Below are positions 40,542 to 51,689 of a stretch of DNA of 64,000 nt, piece after piece. Position numbers and translations under genes: made by a program. The notes beneath the pieces are model-generated. The model was given only the letters and a program-made list of their open reading frames with translations. It searched no databases and was not told where the DNA came from. How positions within the stretch are numbered: the stretch's first letter is position 1; every line of letters starts with the position of its first letter. The DNA is from Euprymna scolopes (lineage: Eukaryota), in the NCBI GenBank assembly GCA_053919585.1, contig CM132793.1; one strand, 5' to 3'.

Positions 40542-42163
40542 CAGTGATGATCATATTTATTGGCACGGTAAAATAAAAGTTAAATTTTGTCTAATAAATT
40601 CTAAAAAAGGGATTAAATTAAAGAAAATAACAAAGTATATTATGTATTTTTAACTGGCCTTTCCGATGCAGCAATCGGATTTTAGAAAAAATAAATAACA
40701 AAGGAACAACGAACATAATTGCAAAAAAACCTTGTTCAAAATTATTGGCACGATTTATTTAATAATCAATTGTATAGCCTTTGGCCTTGATTACCTTCCT
40801 CAGTCGCTTTTCATAGTTTACAACCAAGTTGTTGCACTCTTCAGTAGTAATTTTCCTGACAATAACCCTCCAATTGAATAAGATTCTTAGGCTTCCTTTG
40901 CATTACCCTCAATTTTAATGTTCTCCATAAATTTTCAATTGGATTAAGGTCTGGGCTTTGTGATGGCCACTCCAAAACATTAATATGATTGTCCTCAAGC
41001 CATTTCTTAGTCAGTTTAGCCGAATGCTTTGGGTCATTATCTTGCATGAACCACCAACGACGACCAAGTGAGAGCTCTTTAGCAGAGTCTTTCAGGTTTT
41101 CATCCAATATTTTAACATAATCTTCCTTTTTTATGCTACCTGTGACCTTAACAAGTCGCCCTGGTCCAGAGGCAGCAAAGGATCCCCAAAACATCAAACT
41201 GCCTCCACCGTGCTTCACTGTGGGTATGGTGTTCTTAGGCAGGAAAGCTTCGCCAGATTTTCTGTAAATATAAGACACTTTATTATGGCCAAATAACTCT
41301 ATTTTCGTTTCGTCAGTCCATAGAACACGTTTCCAGAATGCAACATCTTTATCAATATGACGTTTTGCAAAGGCTAGCCTTGCTTTCAGGTGCATAGGCT
41401 TCAATAAGGGAGTCTTTCTCGGACGACATGCTTTTAAACCAGCTCTCTTCAAAACTCTACCAACTGTATGTCGAGATACATTCACTCCAGAGGTGCTCTG
41501 TTCATCAACAATCTCCCCAACAGAGATCCTTGGGTTTTGTTTTACTTGTCGAACAATTTTCCGTTCATCTCTTGGGGAAAGAATCCTTTTTCTCCCTCTA
41601 CCCTCTAAACTCATAACGTGGCCTTGCGATTTGAACTTGTTTATTATGGCTCTAACAGTGGATTTGGGAAGGTTTAGCTTCTTTGAAATCTTATCATAGC
41701 CCTCCCCATTGGTATGGCATGCTACAACAAGCTTCCTGACGTCTTCGCTGTGTTCCTTAGTTTTAACCATGGCGATTGAAAATTATAATTTACTCACTTA
41801 TAATAGTTAAAATAAATCGCTATCTAAAAATTATCTGAAAAAAATTATTCACTGAATTAGCGTTGAACAAGCATAATATGGCTATAAAAAAGTTCAGAAA
41901 GCACGTAAACCGGAAATTGATTGATATTATACGGATACTAAAAGAAAAACAAAGCCGTGCCAATAATTTTGAACAAGGGTTTTTTGCAATTATGTTTGTT
42001 GTTCCTTTGTTATTTATTTTTTCTAAAATCCGATTGCTGCATCGGAAAGGCCAGTTAAAAATACATAATATACTTTGTTATTTTCTTTAATTTAATCCCT
42101 TTTTTAGAATTTATTAGACAAAATTTAACTTTTATTTTACCGTGCCAATAAATATGATCATCA

Positions 42164-42166
<3 letters not shown>
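40542..42166 (-). mobile_element. Tc1-family (DD34E) DNA transposon, IR/DR type, 1625 bp
   Basis: 211-bp TIRs 40542-40752 and 41956-42166 starting CAGTG, two mismatches seen; TA on both sides; internal direct repeats TTATTGGCACG at both ends of each TIR. Confidence 0.97.
40841..41770 (-). CDS. Tc1 transposase, 309 aa, C-terminally frameshifted (native tail continues out of frame to TAA at 40759-40761)
   Basis: Paired-like HTH N-terminus, GRGRKR, WTDETK, TVKHGGGS, QDNDPKH, SPDLNPIENLW with 34 residues between D and E. Confidence 0.95.
   Translation of the reverse strand: MVKTKEHSEDVRKLVVACHTNGEGYDKISKKLNLPKSTVRAIINKFKSQGHVMSLEGRGRKRILSPRDERKIVRQVKQNPRISVGEIVDEQSTSGVNVSRHTVGRVLKRAGLKACRPRKTPLLKPMHLKARLAFAKRHIDKDVAFWKRVLWTDETKIELFGHNKVSYIYRKSGEAFLPKNTIPTVKHGGGSLMFWGSFAASGPGRLVKVTGSIKKEDYVKILDENLKDSAKELSLGRRWWFMQDNDPKHSAKLTKKWLEDNHINVLEWPSQSPDLNPIENLWRTLKLRVMQRKPKNLIQLEGYCQENYY

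Positions 42167-42228
<62 letters not shown>
42167..42228. repeat. (TA)31 microsatellite, target of the Tc1 insertion
   Basis: Direct reading; one of many (TA)n tracts (e.g. 3154-3205, 36757-36804, 46723-46800, 56315-56373, 62771-62814). Confidence 0.98.
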
Positions 42229-42229
<1 letters not shown>

Positions 42230-42589
42230 TCGTCGCCAAATTTAATATGTCATTGATTCTATGAGACGAAAGTACATGAAAATTTGCAGGCTTTTAGAAG
42301 ATTATGATAATAAAATTTCATGACTAATTTTTAAATAGGACCTATAATTTCAACCCAATANNNNNNNNNNNNNNNNNNNNNNNNNNNNNNNNNNNNNNNN
42401 NNNNNNNNNNNNNNNNNNNNNNNNNNNNNNNNNNNNNNNNNNNNNNNNNNNNNNNNNNNNNNNNNNNNNNNNNNNNNNNNNNNNNNNNNNNNNNNNNNNT
42501 TAAAAATTTATGACATGAACTGTTGGAGTTTCAGATCAAAGATTTTTATTATTCTATGTAAGACAAAGAATACATTAGAAATATTTTAA

Positions 42590-42635
42590 CTCCTTATACT
42601 ATAGGGTTTCGACGTCTACCATCTCTTCAGAGGAG
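42590..42635 (-). ncRNA. Type I hammerhead ribozyme motif (stem III partly mutated)
   Basis: Minus strand CTCCT-CTGAAGA-GATG gtaga CGTC-GAA-ACCCTATAGTAT-A-AGGAG; perfect stem I, 4-bp stem II, stem III two changes from palindrome ACCCTATAGGGT. Confidence 0.7.
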
Positions 42636-43054
42636 AAAATATTAGCAAATAGTTATAATGGTTTACACCTTATTTGCTAAAGTGAGTGAGAAATGGAACA
42701 TCAGAATTAAAACTTTATTGAGGAATTATAAGTCATAGATTAAGGGGAAGTTAACGAAAAGTAATAAAAGTTAACATCCAAATTACATGGTACAATTCGA
42801 AGTAAATGTTCTTTAAAGCAGTGTGGTTAAATGGTCCAGTCTCTATTTTGGGTAATCCACATCAGAATATAATGATCCGACTTAGGCATTTTCCTGGAGT
42901 TATTTTCCTTTGTTATATAATGTGCCCGGTAAAAACAAATTATATGGGCCCGGTGGGATAATACTTATAGAATATTACTGCTAGTAATATCTTGTAAATC
43001 TTATAATCACAGGTCTCCATACCAGATGATTGTGTGATAATTGTATTCTGAAGA

Positions 43055-43105
<51 letters not shown>

Positions 43106-43445
43106 CATTGTAATTTTATACTCCATCTTACAGCAACCAAATAGCATAACTGTTAGAAACGTTGAATGTTGTCTAACCGGTCGGGATTTCATACTGGTTT
43201 GAGGATGCAACTAGTCTTGTAGTATCAATGAGCGANNNNNNNNNNNNNNNNNNNNNNNNNNNNNNNNNNNNNNNNNNNNNNNNNNNNNNNNNNNNNNNNN
43301 NNNNNNNNNNNNNNNNNNNNNNNNNNNNNNNNNNNNNNNNNNNNNNNNNNNNNNNNNNNNNNNNNNNNNNNNNNNNNNNNNNNNNNNNNNNNNNNNNNNN
43401 NNNNNNNNNNNNNNNNNNNNNNNNNNNNNNNNNNNNNNNNNNNNN

Positions 43446-43707
43446 GAAATGCAAAATGATATAGGGATGGTATGCCAAAAAGTATACAAACAAGATAGCT
43501 ATGAATCGCTAGGCACATGGAAATAGAATTGCATCCAAAGTATAGCCCTATAGCTTTTCTCCAATCTTCATTCGGTGCCATCATTACGGTTGTAAAAAGC
43601 TATAGGGCTATACATTGGATGCAATTCTATTTCCATGTGCCTAGCCATTCATAGCAATCTTGTGTGTATACTTTTTGGCATACCGTCCCTATATCCTTTT
43701 GCATTTC
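43446..43707. repeat. Near-perfect palindrome, 113-bp arms and 36-bp loop
   Basis: 43446-43558 vs reverse complement of 43595-43707, six mismatches counted; left arm begins at the gap edge. Confidence 0.92.
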
Positions 43708-43792
43708 CAATGCTTTTTATTCTTGTTAATTAGTATTTTTACTTACAGTCTTATTTTTAAACTTACATTCATGATAGTATTGTCCTTTTTTA

Positions 43793-43814
43793 GGAGGCGG
43801 CTCTTGCCGCCTCC
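43793..43814. other. GC-rich perfect hairpin after a T run (Helentron/Helitron-like terminus candidate)
   Basis: TTTTTTA-GGAGGCGGC-TCTT-GCCGCCTCC. Confidence 0.6.
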
Positions 43815-43867
43815 ATTAGTAGCAGGTCGCTTCCTGCTGAGTTTTAGGCCTTTTTATAATAGTTTGT

Positions 43868-44340
43868 GCATGAGGCAGCTTTTTTCCCCTTGGGATCCCT
43901 GTTATACCGTGCTTTTGAGTCAGCACGTGAGGCAGCCTTCTATCTGGTTCTTTGTAATAAAGAGCACGTGAGGCAGCTTTTTCCCTCGGAATCCCCATTA
44001 TACCGTGCTTTTGAGTCAGCATGTGAGGCAACCTTCTTTTTTCTGGTTCTTTGGTATAAAGAGCACGTGAGGCAGCCTTCTTTTTTTCTGGTTCTTTGTT
44101 ATAAAGAGCACGTGAGGCAGCCTTCTTTTTTCTGGTTCTTTGTTATAAAGAGCACGTGAGGCAGCTTTTTTCTCCTCAGAATCCCTGTTATACCGTGCTT
44201 TTGAGTCAGCACGTGAGGCAGCCTTCTTTTTTTCTGGTTCTTTGTTATAAAGAGCACGTGAGGCAGTTTTCTCCCCTCGGGATCCCTGTTATATCGTGCT
44301 TTTGAGTCAGCACGTGAGGCAGACTTCTTTGCCTCAGGAT
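43868..44340 (-). repeat. Compound coding minisatellite of 57-bp and 45-bp units
   Basis: Units share GCACGTGAGGCAGC; + strand order A B A B B B A B A; intact units encode KKAASRADSKARYNRDxE-type (19 aa) and KKKAASRALYNKEPE (15 aa) on the minus strand. Confidence 0.9.
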
Positions 44341-44473
44341 TTTCATGATACTTAATTTTTATTATTTCAGCATTTTTCTGATAGTATTCTTTTTGCTCAG
44401 ATAATACCTTGACTTTGTTTTTTTCATAGTCTATATTTCTCTGAGCTTTTTTACTACGTGCTGACTTTGACAT
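44099..44473 (-). pseudogene. Disrupted Lys/Tyr-rich repeat protein N-terminus, possibly from a Helentron/Helitron
   Basis: ATG at 44473; MSKSARSKK..KYHENPEAKKSASRADSKARYNRDPE runs into the repeat array; homopolymer indels break the frame. Confidence 0.45.
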
Positions 44474-45040
44474 TTTTATTAAATGTAAACATAAAACACT
44501 TATGTGTATCTTACTATAATATCACTTATCTTATAGCAAGACAACTCTCGTAGAATTGAGATACTGCCCCGTCACCAATAGTTAAAGTGTGGAACGTTAT
44601 ATACACCAATAGTGTAGTTGTTATCTTTATATGAAGTCCTAATCAGTGACAGTGTGAGGTTACTTGGTTAATTTATTGTAGTTTATTTTAGAAAACTTAC
44701 TTGTTTTTATTAGTAGATTGTGTATAGTAGCCACAATATCTAGTTATTTTTGTGGCTAGGGCTTGGATTTTGATTCTTTTTGGTCAGCTTCCAGTGAGTT
44801 CTTACAAGATGACTTTCTTGCAGTTTCTTTTGCGGTTAATTTAACTTATTTCCTTTGGCGTTTGGTGAGTTCTTAGAAGAACTGGTCTGATCTACTTTTC
44901 TTAGCGAGCGAAGATATTCAGCTGCATTTAACAATGGTTGCTATAGCGCATGCGTGAGAAATTCAAGTTTCCTCCTTATTTTTCAATATTTTTACAGTAG
45001 TCATTTGTCTTTCTGCCAAGAGCGACAGACGTCAGTGTTA

Positions 45041-45112
45041 GCCGTGATCGTCTAGAGGTTAGGACCCCACGTTGTGGCCGTGCTAACCTAGGTTCGAATC
45101 CTGGTCACAGCA
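45041..45112 (+). tRNA. tRNA-His(GTG), probably a pseudogene or impaired copy
   Basis: GCCGTGATCGTCTAGAGGTTAGGACCCCACGTTGTGGCCGTGCTAACCTAGGTTCGAATCCTGGTCACAGCA; full length with intact B box and TTTT about 18 nt downstream, but mismatches in acceptor (C-A) and anticodon (C-C) stems. Confidence 0.85.
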
Positions 45113-46314
45113 TTGACATTTAGTACATATTTTACAGTCCAAAATCTGAAGAATTATTTGTTTTTATATCATTGTTTTTTGACGTCGTACTTGCTGATAG
45201 GTTACTCTTATAACAATTTTGATCAACTGAGATAAATATTTCGTGGTTTCATTAACGCTGGTGGGTTACTGTTTGAAGAAAAAACCTTAACGTTCACCTT
45301 AAATATTCAGCATCCAAGAAATATAGGCCACTGGCAAACTTGAACGTCTGTGAGCATCCGGTGTATTATTTGGAGCTGTCCCTTTTGAGAGAAGTTCCGT
45401 GTTCGAAGTGGTCTGTCTACATTGGGTATATAGTGTTTAAAACTTGTTATTACACGTAATCTTATTTAATTATGGAGTTAGCTAAAAAGCGATGGGTCAC
45501 TGCATTTCTCCGTGTAAAGAGCAGTCGATTGACCCTTGAACTGTTGTCAGAGACCGTTCGTACACCGAGATACATCGTCTCAAAAGAAGGAAGAAAGAAG
45601 AAGAAAGAAGAAAGAAGAAATAAGAAAGAAGAACAATTGGCCATTTTTGTACCCTTATTTTTGCTCTCTTTTGACATTTTAACCGACGTTCTGACACTCG
45701 CTGGATTCGTAAGACGCTTATCTGTAAGAATATGTGCTTTTTGAAACTTATAGGTTGATTTTAGTTGAGATTTGGATAGTTTTGTTTTGTAGGCGTATAT
45801 AGGCGTGTACGGGCCATCCCTATATAGAGAGTGCTACCGCCTCTCTGATACTAGCATGCTACCCCGTGTGAAAAATAAATAATAATATTTCTATTCATGC
45901 ATGTTCATTATTATATGTAGTCACAATACTTTATTAATTATTACATTGTGCCGAATCTATATTACAGCTATCAAAAGTATAAGCAAAATTAGACTTAGGT
46001 CTCATCAGTCAGAATCAGAACCAGAACATATAGCCTTTTAGATTTGTTCGGCACCATTTGTACTATGTCTTTACGCATATAAAAAAGCTTTAAAAACATT
46101 GGAAAATGGATAAATGAATACTTAAACATGCTTAAAAAGCTCTTTTAACTTTTACTTACATGTTCACTTCGTAGCAGTCCTTTTACAGGCTAAGCACAAC
46201 CTCGAATTTGTTTAACACGTTCAAATCCCTTGTCGGTCTATGTGTAAAAATTTCATTACCAAACTCCTTCTTGATTATTAGCCTACAGAGATAAAATTTG
46301 ATATGTAGCGTATA

Positions 46315-46370
<56 letters not shown>

Positions 46371-46695
46371 CACTAAGTGCTGCAAATAAGTCATTGAAAA
46401 ACAAAACAGTTAACCTTGGTATGGAAAGTCGAACAAATCATTAACTTTGCAGTTTACATTTAAAACCGCTTAAGTTTTTACCTTTCGTGTTCATTTATGG
46501 GTAGCTGAAATAGTAACACTGCTGGATATATAAGTAATGAAAAAGGATCCAGTGCTAAACGTCCTGGTTTCGATCAAAGTCATATTTGTCAAATTTCTGT
46601 AATAATTACTATATGTGGGATGAATTCAATTTGTGCTATAGTAAAAAATAAGAAATCTGCACGCATTAAAATGTAGTATGTATGCGTATTTTACC

Positions 46696-46721
46696 ACCGG
46701 GCAACACCGAGCGACCTCCTA

Positions 46722-46722
<1 letters not shown>
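46696..46722 (+). mobile_element. Helitron 3' terminus (non-autonomous remnant)
   Basis: ACCGGGCAACACCGAGCGACCTC-CTAG|T: degenerate subterminal hairpin then CTAG followed by T, into (TA)39. Confidence 0.6.
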
Positions 46723-46804
<82 letters not shown>

Positions 46805-46929
46805 GAAGGTGTTATTTTCCAAAGGTAGGGTAGCCACTGAAATATAACGACGTTCATACAAGGGTGTTCAATACAGAAGTAGAGCAGGTTACATTTGTCT
46901 TTACATAAGCAGTAGTTTGTTGATACACA

Positions 46930-46988
46930 GTCATGAGCATGTTTCGGTCTACTAGTATTTACTAACTAGATACCTCATCAGTCAACAA
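46930..46988 (-). ncRNA. Hammerhead ribozyme motif (cleavage site appears to lack one base)
   Basis: Minus strand TTGA-CTGATGA-GGT..CTAGT tagtaaat ACTAG..ACC-GAA-ACATG-C-TCA; long stem II; stem III palindrome ACATGT missing its U. Confidence 0.65.
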
Positions 46989-47023
46989 CCCTTTTTTTCG
47001 AAAACGGAATTCAAAAAATAGTT

Positions 47024-47574
47024 TACCACATATATAATTGAATGATATGAATATACCAAACATATAATTGAATGACATAAATATACCATGCATATTATTG
47101 AATTACATGAATATACCAAAAATATCATTGAATGATATGAATATAACAGACATATAATTGAATGATATGAATATACCAAACATATAATTGAATTACATGA
47201 ATATTCCAAACTTATCATTCAATGACATAAATATACCAAATATATCATTGAATGACATGAATATACCAAACACATACTTGAATGACATTAATATTCTAAA
47301 CATATCTATGAATGACATGAATATATCAAACACGTAATTGAGTGACATGAATACACAGCACATATCGTTGAATGACATAAATATTCCAAACACATAATTG
47401 AATGATATTAATATACCAAACATATGATCAAATGATATTAATATTCCAAACACACCATTGAATGTCATTAAAATTCCAAACACACCATTGAATAAGATGA
47501 ATATACCAAACACAGCAGTGAATGACAATGATATACCAAACACATAATTTAATGACATGATTATACTAAACATA
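47024..47574 (+). repeat. 30-bp minisatellite, about 18 copies
   Basis: Consensus approx AATGACATGAATATACCAAACACATAATTG at exact 30-bp period with no indels seen. Confidence 0.95.
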
Positions 47575-48008
47575 GTATTTAGAAACTGACATGAGTTTCT
47601 TCAAGTAAAACATACAATTTTCTTTTTTGTCCATCACTGTTGATTCAGATATTCCACTATATATAGATTAAGCATCAAAATTAAAGTGTGCCTTTTGATA
47701 CTCGGTATTTTTTAAAAATATTTTCTATTATAGATAAGACTGGTTTTAGTCTGTTAGGTTTTCATTATGATTTCATGATTAAAACAATTTTTTTTTGAAA
47801 ATTTTCAATTTATTTTAACATTACTTATCATTTTTTCGATCCAAGAGAAAAAACTGTACAGTATTCCTGAGGAACTCCTGTAAGTTGCTGATGAGTTGTT
47901 AAGTATAAGTATGCAATTCAATTAAACCCATATTACAAAAAATAATATAAATATAAATTAAGTGAATAATTTTGATACTTTGAAATGTTTAAATATCTAT
48001 GTGTATAT

Positions 48009-48042
<34 letters not shown>

Positions 48043-49025
48043 CATATAAATATTTAATACATATATTAAAATATATATTTATATAGTCTATTTAATTTCA
48101 CAATATCAAGTATGTATAATGTAATAGAAATTACACAACTTTATTAAACAATATATAAGTTATATTATTAACATGTTTAAGATAAGTATATAAACATTCA
48201 AAGAGGAACGGTGAGAATAAAAGGTGGAGAATAAAAAACAAAGAAACAAGTGTCATGAAGAAAAAGATCGATAAAAACGAGATAGAAGCGTAACGCATGC
48301 ATATGTGGTTTGCTTACATTTCCCACCGTATTGAACTAGTTCATGCTATAATATGATTTACATGCATTAACATCTGCTATTATTTAAATATTAGTTGTCT
48401 TTGATTGAGTTGCATGATTAATTAAGCTGGTCGACCGACTTGTATTTTATTTTCGGCTCATATCCATTTAACCTATTGATTTTTCCCAAAAAGCGTTGAT
48501 TGCTATCGGCATTTGACATGGGAGAAAAAACACATTGCTCACACATTAAGTAAACAGGTTTTCTACCATCGGCATTAATTGTATTTGAATTTTTTTTTAT
48601 ATACTTGTCTTTTGCTGTTGAGGTTTTATTTTTTGATGAATATATTCTTGCTTTTAATCTTGTTTATTACTTCGATTGCTTAGATGTGCCATCTTACGAA
48701 AAAGCAAGTCGATGAGTTGTTTTATGACACTGACCGATATTGACTCATTGGTTTGTTTAGATGAACAGATGGGATATACAATGGCGATTTTAAAAGATTG
48801 GTATCACATGACTATTTGTGCATATTAATAAGCTTTATGAAACACGGCGAATTGATTTGTTGAATTTATGAAATTCGCTTTCGATATTTATTTTTTAATA
48901 CGATATTCACATGGATAACACAAAATTTAAACGGGCCTTTGTATTATTTATGTTCTCCAGGTTATAATTTTAATCTTGAGTCTTATTTTAACCAAGTTGT
49001 GGCAATGTAACCCACACCTTCTTAC

Positions 49026-51470
49026 GGGTGTACCTTGTCGAACTTGAAAATGATATTTTCCAACTCGAAAATTTTAATTCATTTTAGTGTTTTTGTTTTA
49101 CTTAAAAATGAAAGTAGTATAAAACCAGCTTTCGAATTTTGCTATTTCCAAATTAATAACAAAGGAAGTCATGGGTATTTGGAAAGCTGTAAATCCATGT
49201 CTACCTCTTTTATGTAAAATGACTATTTTTAAAAAAGGTGACGATACTATGTTTCAAGAAAGCCAAACAAGTGAATGGAAAAATCCCTCCCCGCTTCCAA
49301 AAAGAAATTCTGGATAGAAAAACTGGATTCACTATTTGATATTTCATCCTGTTCTTGCAATCTACCAGTTTGAAGTTGTGATAACCCCCATGTAAAATGC
49401 AATAAAGTAAATTGCCAGATTGAGAACATTATTTGCACCTGTCTTCTTCAAAAAAATACAAGTTATCTTCTATTGTTTCCAATGTCTTTGTGAGATAACC
49501 TTATATCCAAGACAATTTTCATATTTTAATGCAAACTAATTTTCATATAAATCTGTTTAGATGTATTTTAATATAAGTAAAATCTGATTTTACAAGTTCC
49601 AATTGAGGACCGTAAATACCTAAAGGATCAGAGGAGCAAAATGTCGCCGAAAGGTACTTTTCAGTTTGGTGCAATTGATAAAAGTGTCATAAAGAAAGTA
49701 AAAACGAACGGGGGTTAATAAAAAATGTAAATTCATCACCACCTTCAAATTTCCAAAGTAATATTTCCTCCCCGTCTTACTCATCTTCTCACGAGGAAGA
49801 ACCAGAAAAAGAATATTTGCAGCTAAAGCGTTATCTAAAATGGCTTTATAGCGTTATTAAATTTCCCAGATATGCTCCTAAGTTAGTCAGGAGGGCATAT
49901 CTTCAAATCTTTGAGCCAGCCAATGCCTTGCTCTGTGATTTGTATACCGAATATTAATATAACCAATTAATAAATGTGAAGCAGACAGGGCAAAAACTAA
50001 AGTGAAAACTACTGTTCAAAAACATATTGAAAGTGTGGACAATCTGATATGCATGGGAGTTGATGGTAGAATAGATAAGGATACAGTGTTTAATAAAGAA
50101 ATTGTGGAGAAAAATGGCCAGAAAACCTTGAAAAAAAACCTAAGATTTAACTTTTACAATAGAGACAGTGGTGCAACAAGTGTTGTTCATGCGGGGCATG
50201 TGATGGATGTTCTGCGTGAATTCAACAGTGAAAACAATGCCAAGGCTATCCTTGTTGGCACCGCTCATGCCAACGCAGATTGTGAAGGTGGAATGATGGA
50301 AATTTTAGAGAAAAAATCAAACAAATCCTCATACAATTGGTTGCTCTTTACTCCACAACGAACTACCTTTCAGGGCTATTTATAAAAACATTAATGCTTG
50401 CACAAAAGGCCCTACAACATTCAGTCCGCCCCTGGGAAAATTATGCTCAAATGATTGTCATGATTTACGCCAAATATCATTTTTTCACTATTAGCATCCT
50501 CTGGATTCCATTTTGAAAATTGATGAAATAAATGACCTCAGTCGTGACCAAAGACTACTGTATGAACGCACAGTAGGTATTTCTAGAGGTAAGGTTAACT
50601 CTAGATAAGCTCCATGGAAAATTGGTCCTTAAAACCAGGCAAGACTTTAGCCATCAGGCTCATGTGTTTATTGACTCGTGGTGCATCCCCACAAAGGCTC
50701 ACAAAAATTCTAGAGGGTAATAAATTTTATTGTAAATATGTATGCTATTTGTTGGTTTGAAATTTAAAAATTAATAAATTCCACAATCAGCAATTGCATA
50801 TTTTTAATATGAGCCAGAGGATTAAGGCGCAGCCTCATGAAATTCAGCAGATCGCATTAAAAACACAAACACGGTAATATAATTTGTTTACTGCCTGAAA
50901 ACGTTCTATATCCCATGGTAAAATCTGTGGCAGTTGAAGTAACAGAAGAAACTTTAAAAAGAAATGTGGCTATTAGGTAAGTAGACATTTATTCATATAT
51001 GAATTACTCAATTATTCATTCTAATTTTTACAAACATTTTTTAGATTTTATGTAATTTCCCGATAAGTATTAAAGCAGTACACATTGAATTTTTTAATAT
51101 TTAATTAATTTTTATATTATGTAATGGGTGGGGAGTCAACAAAGAAACGATTAAAAAAATACCAAATAATTATTTTAATGCGATTCATTGGACACAATTA
51201 ATAGATTGGACACTGTGTGGCATTTTGTAACCACCAATGAGGAAGATTTTTCTGATTGTGAACTTCGAGAAACATTATTTAATGGCAACAAGCTTGACTT
51301 GTCAGATTTTTCATCACATTCTTAGCGCGTGGAACGGGCAGTTACGTTAACAAGGAAATATCGCAAACTGTATATGGTTTTAAATCAAGGCATCGACAGA
51401 TGACAGTCAAAGCTTTGAGTCAGAAATTGAGACCGTCATTTTTGTCTAAGGGCTTTATATAAAACAGTTC
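49026..51470 (+). pseudogene. hAT-related (hATx/hATm-type) transposase pseudogene with introns
   Basis: Motifs LFDISSCSC, VPIEDRKYLKDQR, MGVDGRIDK, GCSLLHNELPFR..TKGPTTFS.PLGK, DLSRDQRLLYE, KIGP*NQAR, SHS*RVERAV; AG|GTAAGT donor at 50977; many stops and frameshifts. Confidence 0.7.
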
Positions 51471-51689
51471 CACTCTATATATCAAGCTCTATCAAAATAA
51501 TGTTTTGTATTTTCCTTTTTTGTTTGTTTGTTATACATTCACTTATAACAGAAAAAATCAATTTAAAAATATTGAAATATTGCTGCTTAATTGACAACAT
51601 GAAAAGACAGGTTGCAATGCAACTCTATGATAAATGGAGAACTTGTAAATCATCTCAACAATAATAACCTTTACATGCAATATGGTGTC

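Noticed and set aside
43173-43584. ORFs containing X runs (also 11811-12097 and 57384-57585)
   Set aside because: Open only because they cross N gaps.
43793-43814. Rho-independent terminator
   Set aside because: Eukaryotic DNA, and neither strand has a U tract after the stem.
45985-46012. Hammerhead on minus strand (CTGATGA-GAC-CTAA-GTC)
   Set aside because: Followed by TAAT instead of GAAA, with no supporting stems.
46982-47573. Hydrophobic repeat proteins (78 and 126 aa)
   Set aside because: Arise from the 30-bp period; no credible gene structure.
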